DNA of 63,972 bases, counting the filler, from Octopus bimaculoides (Eukaryota): assembly GCF_001194135.2 (NCBI RefSeq). It is 5 parts of 5 records of this genome, joined end to end, with 100 filler letters (N's around TTAATTAATTAA, not from the genome) between each part and the next. Parts side by side here need not be neighbours in the genome. Positions count along the whole stretch, not along the records: positions 1 to 31,550 come from NC_068987.1; 4 more parts are not named here. The stretch is one strand, 5' to 3'. Shown here one piece after another: positions 1 to 11,928 of this stretch. The translations under genes and the position numbers were made by a program. The notes under the pieces were generated by a model. That model saw only the letters and a list, made by a program, of their open reading frames with translations, searched no databases and was not told the DNA's origin. The number at the start of each line of letters is the position of its first letter. The stretch's first letter is position 1.

Positions 1-45
1 CTTTTACATGTCACCCGCACGAAAACGGCCACGCTCGAAATGGTG

Positions 46-87
<42 letters not shown>

Positions 88-90
<3 letters not shown>

Positions 91-590
91 CTGAGAAAAC
101 TACAGCTCTACTCTCTGGAGCAAAGGTGTGACAGATATGCAATAATATACATTTGGAAAATCCAAGAAGGCCTAGTACCTAACTTTGGCATTAAGTGTTA
201 TACAAATGCCAGAACTGGCTGCCATTGTATTATACGAAAGGTACTGTCTACTCCATCTTAACTCAGGACCAGGTATTGCAATAATCTAGGGTTCAAAGGC
301 CCACAGCTCTTTAATGCTCTGCATTTTCACAAGGTGGAAGAAGATGTCTTGAAAAAGGAACTAGACATCCTCTTCTCCACAATACCAAATGAACCAACAG
401 CCTGACATGAGGTACAGACAAGGGCAGCAGAATCAAATTCAATTATACACCAAATGTACCAACAGCTGAGAAAAAGGCACATGCAGGAGTGATGATGTGA
501 AATACCCAGTGTGAGGAAGTCAGAAAGCCCATGGTGGTGCTCCAGCATGACCACAGCCACGTGGCTGAAACAAGTAAAATAGTAAAAGAA
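88..590 (+). mobile_element. 3' end of a CR1-group LINE (degenerate ORF2 C-terminus plus tail)
   Basis: Translation RLRKLQLYSLEQRCDRYAIIYIWKIQEGLVPN...GFKGPQLFNAL...KKELDILFSTIPNEP is typical of CR1-like ORF2 ends. The tail ggtgctccagcatg...gaaacaagtaaaa follows. Confidence 0.75.
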
Positions 591-609
591 TATATGTATG
601 TGTGTGTGT

Positions 610-1045
610 GTGTGAACACTAAGAGTACCATCCGAGTGTGATCGTTGCCAGAGCAGCTGTCTGGCTTCCGTGCCGGTGGCATGTAAATAGCACCATTTGA
701 GCGTGATCGTTACCAACGTCGCCTTCCTGGCACGTGATAAGACATTCGAGCAAGATTGTTGCCAGTACCGCTGGACTGGCTCCTGTGCAAGTGGCATGTA
801 AAAAACACCATTTCGAGCGTGGCCATTGCCAGTATCGCCTGACTGGCCTTCGTGCCGGTGGCACATAAAAGCACCCACTACACTCTCAGAGTGGTTGACA
901 TTAGGAAGAGCATCCAGCTGTAGAAACTAATGCCAAATCAGATTGGAGCCTGGTGTAGCCATCTGGTTTCACCAGTCCTCAGTCAAATCATCCAAACCAT
1001 GCTAGCATGGAAAGCGGATGTTAAACGATGATGATGATGATGATG
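610..1045 (+). mobile_element. SINE/retroposon family A, ending ...ccatgctagcatggaaagcggatgttaaacg(atg)n
   Basis: Homologous segments recur at about 1-50, 7990-8060, 10085-10195, 24104-24335, 24500-24635, 24660-24960 and 25320-25590. It has an (ATG)n tail. Confidence 0.8.
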
Positions 1046-2860
1046 ATATATATATACATGTATATATATATATAGTGTGTGTATATATATGTATTATATA
1101 TATATATTGTGTATATATATATATAAATCCAAAAAAAAAAAAGGAAAAACAAACAAAAAACAACAATGCGAGGACATGGTACAGGTATAGTATTAGTAGA
1201 TGCTCAGCAAAGGAAAGAAAGGTGGTTTTACATTTCAAGCAAAGCTCTTCTTCAGAAACAGAGGAACGTCCAATGGTAAAGGAAGATGCAGGAAAAAAAA
1301 CAAAAAAAATTGCCAACAGTTCACATGTGGTTACATTTCAACTCTAGCTTTTATTATCATATTACTTAGTCGTTTTTCAAATTTATCCTCCCTGCCATAC
1401 ATTTAAAAAAAAAAATCCACTGGCATTATTCAAAAGCTGGCTTTCCTTTATATATGAACATGAACATAGGAAAATATTGAGTATTTGAATGCAGAAGGGT
1501 TTTTGCTGTTCTTATTTAACAAACAAAGAATAGCAAAATGTTTGTTTGCTCTTTTTTATTCTTTTTTTTTTTTTTACAATATGCAGCTCACATCAGCTCA
1601 GAAATGTTACAGACTATGCACACTTTGTGGCCTAAGATTATCTCATTATAGGATCATGGCATTTAAAAAAAGCAATTTCTGTGAGGGCCTGAAGCTTTAT
1701 TGGCAAAGGCCTTTATCTTATGAATCTGGTAGATATTTTGGATTGGGAAGCTTGACCTTTCTGTAATATCTATATTGATATTTGAACCTATCAAGCCCAA
1801 ACCTGCTATATGTATGCAATATTTTAAAATTTTGTTTCTTCTTTCTTGTTTTTTTTTTTTGCATCAAATGTTACATTTGCTATTTTAGGACATAAAATCA
1901 GTTGACAATGACCTACAAATCCACCATATTTCTGCATGCTAGAGTCTATTTATGTTGTCAAGTATCGAGTAGCTTCAGTCAGCTGAATATAGAACGAATT
2001 TTCACTAATCAAAGACTTGAGAACAAGTCATTAATCATGCACAGGCAACCTCTTACAGGAAGCAGGCCACATGAAATATGATTCGGCATCAGGCAGGCCA
2101 CATTACTAAACAATACTCAAGGTAATTTTCTGTTAGGTTTGTCATTCAGAATGTCCTGCAGGCGACAGGACGCCCATGACTGACATTAGTCATGCAGCAA
2201 AGCTGTGTCACTTCAGTGTTTGGTTTTGTTGGGAGTGTGGTCACAGGATCAATATTATGTTGCACTAGATTTATTGCTCATTTTATTCAGATATGATTAT
2301 AAGATTACATATCTCATAAGTTGTTATCTATTGATGGTAACAGGACTAAACAATAGCAAATTCAACTTAACCTTTAGTATGTTTAGGTGCATCATGTCAC
2401 TGTACAAGTTCCCTCTCCTGTAGCTACAGGTGCTTTGTGTTGCAGTGAGAGGGGAGAAAACTCATGCAACAACATGGTGTGCCTACAGTGCACTAAAGGT
2501 TAATATTTTGTTTTGTTGGCAGTTCTGACAATCTTTGGATTATATGAGATGTATGCAGTTTTACTTTTCACTCGTTAGAATCCTTAAATAATAAACAAAG
2601 ACAACTTTTTTTTTCTTGTATGTGTGTGTGATTATTTATGACTCCTTGATATAACAATACAATATCTGATGCAACAAAACATCAACTGGCTCTCGTAATG
2701 TTTAATAGAATTGGTTAGAATCTATATAATATGGAGAGAAGGGAACAGTAAAGTAACAACCAACTGAGATCTCTTTTGTAAATATGTCTTTTATTATTAT
2801 TTGTTTTTCTTGACATAATGTCCAACATTGAAGAGGTGATTAGCAGGCTGTGATATAATA

Positions 2861-2906
2861 TACAGGGTGAACCAAAAGCCATGCACCAAAATGTCATTTT
2901 ATTACA

Positions 2907-2940
<34 letters not shown>

Positions 2941-3061
2941 TTTCATTCATCATGTACAAGTATGTGTGTATTCATCATTATTTTATTTATTTCAAGCGTG
3001 TCTTTGATAATTCCTGAGCGTATTGAACTTATTTTGTGCATGACTTTTGGACTACCCTGTA
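2861..3061. mobile_element. Tc1/mariner-type MITE
   Basis: TIRs TACAGGGTGAACCAAAAGCCATGCAC / GTGCATGACTTTTGGACTACCCTGTA with TA ends. Confidence 0.75.
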
Positions 3062-3554
3062 TAACAGCTTATCTTTATCCAATAGGCCGAGAAATTGCTC
3101 TCAAAAGTAGTTTCTTGTAAATGGATTATCAGCAAAACAATTCCTTTTTTTAAAAATTAACAGAACATGAAAGCTGTAAAAGTTAAACATTTTTCGTTCA
3201 ACCTTAAATCTCTTCTTTCTCAAATAGACACAATTTTAATGCCATGTCTACTTTCTATTTCACCATTCCAACAAAACGTTTTAAACTTTTTGTTTACTAA
3301 ATTGTTGAGTCTCTTTTTTTTTTTTTGCTGGAGATCCCCTTTTCTTTCTTTTTCTTTCAACTTTTTAAAAAAATTCTTGTCTCACTTTAACTGGAGCACA
3401 ATATACTGTTGAGGTACTAGAATGGTCACAAGGAACTGGACTGCTGATCACAAGGTCTCATCAATTTAAACTTTACTACAACTACTACTACTACAACCAT
3501 TGCACCTTTGAAAACAGGACCCATAACTCTTGCATGCTTAAGCAGTTTTCTTAC

Positions 3555-3615
3555 CTGACTGGACCTTAATCTGCTTCATGGTTGACTGATGGTTAGCAGT
3601 TGGAACAGCATCAAA
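3555..3615 (-). CDS. Exon of a third gene, probably containing the start codon (ATG at 3579-3577; MKQIKVQS...); gene continues beyond the left edge
   Basis: Acceptor caattattttcacag, donor CAG|gtaaga, 61 nt. The frame FDAVPTANHQSTMKQIKVQS is open and the ATG is in tcaaccATG context. Confidence 0.6.
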
Positions 3616-4275
3616 CTGTGAAAATAATTGTTTGAAGTAAAAACAAAAACCATCCTAAAAGAAAAAAAAACAAAAACATGGATGGAAAACAGGGAAAACG
3701 AACTAACATTATCCTTTTTCTTAAAATGGATTTTTTCTTTTTATTTTTCAAAAATGAGGTTGTTGACACCCTACAACTCTGCCACCAAAGGGTGTTATTA
3801 TTGTTGTTAACCCCCACAACCTCTTGTCTGGAGGAGGTGGTTGTTTAATCCCAGATCAACCCTGAGTATGCACACTTATGATTAAAAAAGGAAAAAAAAA
3901 ATTTGAATTGTACCCTTGTTGTTTTATTTTTCTTAGCATGGTAAGGTGTATTTTCAAGGAAATTTGGCTGCTATTTCTAGCAGGTCTAGTGACCACACTG
4001 AAGCTTATGCTATTTTTTTTTTGGTTATTTTTTCTTCCTTTATTTGTTTATCTTTTGTCTGGTTCTTTTAATCCTTCAACTTGTCTGTTTTATTGATCCC
4101 TACTGCTTTAGCTTTTAGCTTTCCCTCTCAACAAACAAACAAACCTATTTCCCCCTCTTCACACTCATACAGAACAATATAACAAACAACCCAGGGTATG
4201 TTACAGATCACTAAAAAAAAACTGTCATCATCCTCTATAATTGATTTAATGTTTTCTAATCAATCAATCACTTAC

Positions 4276-4625
4276 AATCATCAATAAGAAAATAAAAATA
4301 TTGATTCAAGCTATTCTGTCACGTTGAAAGCCACGAAATTTTTTAAATCGTTAAAATATTAGATATGTCCTTCTAATCAGAGTGAGAGTAATTGGATTAA
4401 AGTCATTTTTTAAATTCAGACTCAAAATAGAATTTAAAAAGAACAAAACAAAAATTCAATTGAGAAAGATAAAATGGTTTCAAAATTTTTTTTACTTTCT
4501 CTTCTTGTTTATATTTTTTCAAATATAATCAAGCTTTATAATTATCAATAATTACTAGCTTTATAATTATCAATTATCATGAAATTAACTTTATGTTTAT
4601 TAATGTCAGTTCCTGACTTCCGCTT
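4276..4625 (-). promoter_or_regulatory. Candidate promoter and first (mostly non-coding) exon of the MKQIKVQS gene
   Basis: Consensus donor GATT|gtaagt at 4276/4275, a local CpG cluster at 4320-4350 within CpG-poor DNA, and an ETS-type motif GCGGAAGT at 4623-4616. TSS position is inferred only. Confidence 0.4.
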
Positions 4626-5693
4626 TCTCATGGATTTTTGTTTTATGAAAAGATAGTTTACAAAGTCACATTTTAAAAGAGAAATAGGAAAATAAAGAAA
4701 AAGAACTGGAATAGTGAAAATTTAAATTTCTAATTTTTGGTGAAGCTCTCAATATTTTGGATTTTTTTTCTTAAGTTAATTAAAAAGAAAGAAGTTTATT
4801 CCTTCCAATTATTTATCCAATTAGCAAAAAATTTTAAACTTTACATTGCATGTCCTTTCTGAATAAGATTTATTTTCTGTCTAATTAACAATTAATACTT
4901 ATCAATTAATTTCTTACTGAGAATATTAGTAATAGCTACAACTATTATCAACACACATAGACACCTCAGTTCTCATGTATTCTCTAATAAAAATATAGTA
5001 GAAAAAAAAAATGGAGAACAAAAATACCCTGTGATGTCTTTTCTACTTGAGTTGCACAGAAGCTTCCTTGCCACACTGGCCTTAGTAAATACAGTGAACT
5101 AGTAGTATAGGTATAGGGAAGCAGGTGCCCCAGGTGATACTATCGTAGGGAACAGCACAACTGAGTCTGTTGTATAGGTTTGAGGGCCTGAAGTAGGAAA
5201 GTGGGAGCAAACTTAAGGGTAGCTCTGGGCATCACACAGTCCAGCTAGGCCTCTGCAATGAATCAAGTCCTGGGGTTGATTTCTTCAACTAAAAGGTGGT
5301 ACTCCAGCATGACCGCAGTCAAATGACTGAAACAAGTAAAAGAGTAAGAGTTATATGCCAATGCCATCAAATAGGATAAACAGATATTAATTATATTTCC
5401 TCATTTCCTTTCTTGGTTATCTGAGCTTGAAGCCACAGTTTCTGTTTTATTAGCACAAAGACTTAGGAAGGTAAATTGTGTCAAGTGTCTTAATCAAGGG
5501 CGTAACGCAAACATTTCATATGGAACATGAAACACTCATTCTGGACTTGCTGAGCTCAAAAAAATCACAAAGCTTATCTACTTATTCATTTCCCTTTTTT
5601 ACTTTGAAACATGAAAACAAAAGTCTTAATAACAATAACAGTGATTATTTTTAATACTGATGCATGGTTGGCTCCTAGTTTGGTAGAGAAGGA

Positions 5694-5729
<36 letters not shown>

Positions 5730-5732
<3 letters not shown>

Positions 5733-5915
5733 ACACTCTGTTGGTTACAATGACAAGGTTTCCAGTTGATCTAATCAACAGAACAGCCTGCTTGTGAAAT
5801 TAATGTGCAAGTGGTTGAGCACTCCACAGACATGCATATGCATACCCTTAATGTAGATCTTAAGGAGATTCAATGTGACACAGAACGTGACAAGGCTGGT
5901 CCTTTGAAATACAGG
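5730..5915 (-). mobile_element. CpG-decayed 3' part of tRNA-derived SINE family E
   Basis: Aligns to the 3' half of the 56669-57030 SINE with CG>TG/CA changes. Confidence 0.75.
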
Positions 5916-6042
5916 TACAGCAGTGCCTTGGTTTTTGAACAACTCTGATCACAAATAAATCATGCTTATATATATGTGTGTGTGTGTGTAAATCATGATT
6001 TATTCGTGATCAGAGGCGTTCATAAACTGAGGTATTACTGTA
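5916..6042. mobile_element. pogo/Tigger-like MITE
   Basis: About 50-bp imperfect TIRs (tacagcagtgccttggtttttgaac... / ...gttcataaactgaggtattactgta) around a (TA)(TG) core, TA termini. Confidence 0.7.
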
Positions 6043-6059
6043 TTAAATGAATATGAGAA

Positions 6060-6450
6060 AGACAGGAGATAAAGCATGATACTCTATACTTTGATAAAAA
6101 AAAATTTTAAAAACAGGAGACTCCCTTTGGTCAGAAATGACCTAGGGATTGCACCTAGAAAGTTACCCTCCAAGGCACAAGTCCAGGCAAGGTTGTTTAT
6201 GGAAGAACAGCAGTCACCCATGCATACCAGCCTCCCTTCTCCACTGATGTTATCCAAGGGAAAGGTAAAGGCTGATACAGCCTGGCACCAGTGATGTCGC
6301 AACTCATTTCTACAGCTGAGTGAACTGAAGCAATGTGAAATAAAGTGTCTTGCTCAAGAACACAACACAGCCTGGTCCAGGAACCAAACTCATTACCTCA
6401 TGATTGTGAGCCAACTCTCTAACCACTGAGCTATGTGCTTTGTAAAAGGC
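6060..6450 (-). mobile_element. tRNA-headed composite SINE (degenerate)
   Basis: The reverse complement has a tRNA-like head (agctcagtggttagagagttggctcacaatcatgagg...ggttcctggacc). Its body is shared with 18160-18480 and 63685-63800. Confidence 0.6.
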
Positions 6451-6495
6451 ATGAATACCACAACTTCCATTCCAATACCGACTCCCCCACTTCAC

Positions 6496-6715
6496 TCTTT
6501 AGCATTTAAACTGGCCAAAAATTCTGCCTGTCTTATGTTTAAACTGGCCTGATCCAGCCTCTCACACCTACCCTACAGGGTCATTCTAAAAATAAACAAT
6601 CACATTGAAATCGCAAAGCTATGAGATATAATGCATCATTAAATTCAAAGCAAAGTGAATAAATAAGCATTACATTTGACAGAGTAATCTGAATGCTTTA
6701 GTCAATAGCATTAAT
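6496..6715 (-). mobile_element. piggyBac-like MITE family F (copy)
   Basis: Reverse complement of the 18879-19105 element with degenerate ends. Confidence 0.7.
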
Positions 6716-8299
6716 CTCAAACAAACTATTGTATCTTTGATTCAAGTGATCATATGCCAAGATGGGAGATAAATATTTGAAGTACCATACTAAAATACTT
6801 GTGGTTACTTGATAAATTGTAAATAAGCTCACACATATATGTTTAACAAACATACAACCTGCCTTGCTGTGTAATATTTACAAGTGATTAAACCACAGAA
6901 CTCCTTCTACAGGATGAAGCCAAGATGAGCTCCAAACTAATTTCAACTGGTTATTGCTATTTCATCAGAGGTATCTGTTTGTGTTCATTTTATAGAGACA
7001 GTAAGTAACTTACAGTTTACTTATGAATAATGTATCTCATAACAGATGCCAATTTCACTCATTTTTATATTGGTACATTACTGGTAGAGTGTATTAACTC
7101 TTAATTTCTTGTATGATACAGTACTGCTTAGAACTACATTGATTGGCCAATCCTGAAATGCATGATATCACAAGATTCATACTAACTTTATTTACATTCA
7201 TTTTCAAGAAAAGGAGAGTGGGTTAGAGAGTAAGATAAGGAGAGTTGTAGTGAGAGAGATAATGATGAAGACGTTCCCTTGAAGGACATTGGGGGTGGTG
7301 AAGATAGATGAAATGATACAGAGGTTTGGACTGGGTGAGTGAACAGGGTAGAAATGACTCTGGCAAATAATGGAGAGAAACCTAGGAGAGGCTTGAGGGT
7401 GGGGGTTGCAGTAGATGTGTGAGGGCATTGAGTGTAGTAGCAGATAAGCAATGGTAGAGAACAGTGCAGGGGAGAGAAGGCACAGAAAGGAAGTGATTGG
7501 TAGAGACAATAGGCACAGGGAGATAATGGGAAATGGAAGTGGTTTGGGGTGTGTAAGAGAGGTAGCTGAGGAAGCCTGGGAAATTAGTATGTGCTTTTTC
7601 TGCTCTAAAATGATAGAGAAGTGATGGGTGTTAAATGATGAAATGTGGAGGTGGGGAGGTTGACAGGGCAGAGCCTCTCATGGACAAGCATCACGAGGTT
7701 GGTTTTAGGGTATCAGTTCTACTGTGGTGAGCAGGTCTTCTTAACTGCAACAAGGCACCAGACAGCTTATTCCTTTGTCATCTCCTTCATAAGGTCCTGT
7801 GAGTTAAATTTGGTAAATGGAAACTATGGAAGTTAGTTATATGTGTGTATACATGTGCATGTGTGTGTTGTATGTATGTTGTATATATTTGTGTCCATGG
7901 TCTTTGCATCAATCTGCTTTAGCAGTGACATTATTTTTGTCTCCCATAAACAAAATCTCCATCAGTGGTTCAATGAATTGAGTACCATACTTCAAAAACA
8001 AAGGATTGGCACTAGGAAGAGCATCCAGCTATAGAATACTACCTCAAGAAGTTTCATTCTACAATGCCAGTGAGGAAAAAAATGTAAAAACATCAACAAT
8101 GATAACATATCCCAACAAATAACAGAAACATTGAAATACCTGACTAGTGTATCTGTGCTTGTTTATCATGGGTGTATGGTACAAAAAAAAAAACTACAGT
8201 GGTAAATGAATCTGTGATACATGAGTCATCTCCACACAATTTATAAATGGGAAGAATGGTAGATTCAGTGATACCAAACTTGCAGCCTACAGCAGCAAA

Positions 8300-8540
8300 G
8301 TTTCTTATTTCTTTATTGCCCACAAGGGGCTAAACATAGAGGGGACAAACAAGGACAGACAGAGTGATCAAGTCGATTACATCGACCCCAGTGCGTAACT
8401 GGTACTTAATTTATTGACCCCGAAAAGATGAAAGGCAAAGCTGATCTCAGCGGAATTTCAACTCAGAACATAAAGACAGACGAAATACCGCTAAGCATTT
8501 CGCCCGACATGCTAACGTTTCTGCCAGCTTGCCTATGGCA
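8300..8540 (-). mobile_element. SINE family B (ggcag...gctggcagaa...gttctgagttcaaattcc...gactttgcctttcatcc)
   Basis: The same sequence recurs at about 9330-9600, 9790-10010, 28395-28545, 35465-35670, 41330-41545, 41950-42150, 44600-44740, 48590-48760 and 60840-61000. Confidence 0.8.
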
Positions 8541-11159
8541 GCAAAGCTTCTGTCATCATGTATTTTCTTTATCATCTCTACCTTTTCCTGTAGAGAATAC
8601 ACTTGTTTGCATCATTGGTTAGAATTAGGCACCTTCATAGTTTTTACTGACTACTCCCATGTTGATGAGTACAAGCCTGTAAATCTGTAAAAAAAAAAAT
8701 GCAACCTTGCTGCATAGTCATTTAAACATGAGCAGCTGAGCATTGCTGGTGGTTGCTAGTGTGAACTTTTGCAGTACAAGAGGATTCTTTGACTGATTGC
8801 CAATCTGTCCATGAAAGGATAAATATTAATCTTAATTTATGAAATACATACATGTATTTCATAGATATACATTTAGCCTTGTGTAAATAGACAGACAGGT
8901 TAAATGACAGAACTCTCTTGGCAGGATGAACTCAAGAACTGCACAACTAATTTTGACCATTTATTGCTATCTTATTAGGTATGTGTATGCATGCTTTCAG
9001 ATCAATTCATGATAACATGGTTTACAATCAAGCATACCATGTTATCCTGGATCAGTACTAAATGAATCAGTGATAAATGAGGTGGCATGTATTTAGTTTC
9101 ATTTCTCAACATTCTTAATTAAAGTTTTTGTTAAGGTGGACTTTGACTTTCGTCATTTTCACTTGTGAGGACAGATGATCAGTTTATCCCTCTCAACATA
9201 TAAGATTTTATACTGATATTTGTTGAGCAGGGTTGGTTTAATCAGCTAGTTCCTTCCCATCAAATTTCTTGCATTGTGCTTATGTTAGTGATTACCATTT
9301 TTAAAAGGTAGTAAATTAGCTTAATCTTTAGAGCACTGGAAAAATGCCTTGTGGAAATGAGTGCCAGTCGAGCCCTGGGGTCAATGTAATTGACTAACCC
9401 CTTCCACCAAATTTCAGGCCATGTACCTAAAGAAAGGATTATTATTAGTGGTACTACTTTATCATGGCAATTCTGCCAGGGTCAGCTTTGTTTTTCGTCC
9501 CTTCAGGATTGATAAAATAAACACCAGTCAAGCAGTGGGGTCAATGTAATCAACTAATCTCCTCCCTCAAAATTTCAGGCCCTGTGTTTGTATTAATAAG
9601 GCAATAGATTAGGGGAGCACCTGATTAAGATGTTGTGCAGTATTCAGTTCAGATTCTTTTTATTCCAATTTCCAATCCTGCTATGACTGACTGATCAACT
9701 ACATACCTTATGCTTCTAGGATCAATACATATTCATGTCAGTCATGTACTGGGGATGATCATAGATCAACTTTACCCTCTCTACTGTAATATAATAATAA
9801 TTTCAAATTTTTGCCACAAGGGCAGCTTGTGGGGAGGAGGGGATGAGTCAATTACATCGATCCCAGTTTTCAATTGGTACTTATTTTATCGACCCCAAAA
9901 GGATGAAAGGCAAAGTTGACCTTGGCGGAATTTGAATTCAGAATGTGGCGACAGATGAAATACTGCCAAGCATTTTGCCTGGCATGCTAATGATTCTGCC
10001 AGCTTGCCACTTTAATAGTAGTAGTAGTAGTAATAGTAATAATAATAATGATAATAATCTGAGGCTTGTGCCCTAGAAATCATTATTATTCGTGCGGGCC
10101 ACGCTCGAAATGGTGTCTTTTATGTGCCACCCGCACAAGAGCCAGTCCAGGGGCATTGGCAACGATCTAGCTTGAAAACCCTACAAAGTCCAGTCAATAT
10201 ATATATATATATATACCTTTGAATAACTATCTAGCAACATGTGGTTAGAAAATATTTATAATATTTCCATTCTACAAACTACACAGTCCAAGTGAAATTG
10301 AGAGAAAAAATCAGAGAAAAGAACTTAATAAATTCCAACCCAATAATAATAATAATAATAATACTTAATAGTAATACTTAATATTAGAATAGTAATAATA
10401 CTTAGAAGTACTGTTTCTACTGCTACAACCACTACCACTAACAATACTAAAGGTTCTCATGATGACGATAGCTAAGTCAAGAGAAAAGTCAGTAAAAATA
10501 ATCTTATTTAGGGTTTAAAGTTCTATTACCATAGCTACTGCCACCACCACCACCACCGACAACAATAATAAAGGTGATGATAATGATGATGATGATAATT
10601 GAAATGTAAAAATGCTTGGGAAATGTTTTTTACAACATTTCTATAAACAGCCAAACAATTACTGCTTTGGCCAGGGTCAAAATACAGGTCTCTTGACATG
10701 TTTAACAAAGCGTGACATCTAAACCAATGAACTTAAGTAATTTAGTAAAGCCACACACTGATTGGTCAGAATACAGTTTGCAAAACTGAACATTCTGGAG
10801 CCTATACAAATGTATTTAAGGCACACATTTTAGCCATTTCACCACAGTTGTAAATTGTAAAACTGTCACCACTATTATATGAACCTGAAGATTACATAGT
10901 TTAATGCATGAAAGTACTAGTTCAGTGAGAATGGACATTTAATATTCTATCATTTTATCATATTATATTATATTATTATAAGATATTATCTTATTATAAA
11001 ATGTGAAAAACAAAGTTGGATTTCCTTTGGTAATATAGTCTTCTATATGTAGCTTGCAAGACTTATTTGTCTATGCTCCAAACCAGAAAACAATGTTTGC
11101 CCAAAAGCTCTGACATAGTTTCCTCCAACATATGTGGTAGAATTTATCTCCTTTCATAA

Positions 11160-11352
11160 AAGTGATAAATTTTGTATTTTCATTTATTATTATGAATTCA
11201 GAATTGATTTCCCAATTAAAGAATAAATTGCATCCCAATTAAAGAACAAATTGAATTTAGAATAACAATTTTCTATACAACATATTTTGCTCTTTTCTTC
11301 CAATATATAAGGAAAAATTTCATTCCCAGGCAATACCAGGTGCCTCTGCTAG
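11160..11352 (-). mobile_element. Possible Helentron/HINE-like element end
   Basis: The reverse complement begins tatatactagcagaggcacctggtattgcctggg, resembling the ACTAG...CCCGGCGTTGCCCGGG starts of Helentron-associated elements. It is duplicated across the gap at 11556-11710. Confidence 0.35.
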
Positions 11353-11719
11353 TATATATATATATATATATATAAATTTTATAAATTTATTAATGATATA
11401 AAAACACACACACACATATATATATATATATANNNNNNNNNNNNNNNNNNNNNNNNNNNNNNNNNNNNNNNNNNNNNNNNNNNNNNNNNNNNNNNNNNNN
11501 NNNNNNNNNNNNNNNNNNNNNNNNNNNNNNNNNNNNNNNNNNNNNNNNNNNNNNNAATTAAAGAATAAATTGCATCCCAATTAAAGAACAAATTGAATTT
11601 AGAATAACAATTTTCTATACAACATATTTTGCTCTTTTCTTCCAATATATAAGGAAAAATTTCATTCCCAGGCAATACCAGGTGCCTCTGCTAGTATATA
11701 TATATATATATATATAAAT

Positions 11720-11896
11720 ATGTATGTTTGTCCCCCAGCATTGCTTGACAACCGATGCTGGTGTGTTTATGTCCCCGTCACTTAGTGTTTCGGCAAAAAG
11801 AGACCGATAGGATAAGTACTAGGCTTACAAAGAATAAGTCCCGGGGTCGATTTGCTCCAACATGGCTGAAGTCAAATGACTGAAACAAGTAAAAGA

Positions 11897-11900
<4 letters not shown>
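11720..11900 (+). mobile_element. SINE family C (...accgataggataagtactaggcttacaaagaataagtcc...gactgaaacaagtaaaag)
   Basis: Copies at about 5255-5350, 15430-15540, 29980-30160, 31325-31530, 36530-36660, 37870-37990, 45560-45720, 48370-48540, 59520-59650, 59765-59950 and 61070-61270, in both orientations. Confidence 0.8.

Positions 11901-11928
<28 letters not shown>

Noticed and set aside
1018-1347. ORF ending ...KERKVVLHFKQSSSSETEERPMVKEDAGKKTKKIANSSHVVTFQL
   Set aside because: It starts in a SINE tail and microsatellite, has no credible acceptor and no recognisable domain.
7014-7152. Minus-strand exon-like segment reading DWPINVVLS (reminiscent of gamma-tubulin complex WP motif)
   Set aside because: All three frames hit stops before the strong donor, and similarity does not extend past six residues.
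7200-7800. Purine-rich stretch with ORFs 7188-7451 and 7204-7509, weakly Penelope-like
   Set aside because: Only fragmentary resemblance (SPPPMSFKG). It is too decayed to support a feature.
11214-11715. ~150-bp direct repeat flanking an N gap
   Set aside because: Exact duplication on both sides of a gap is typical of an assembly overlap artefact.
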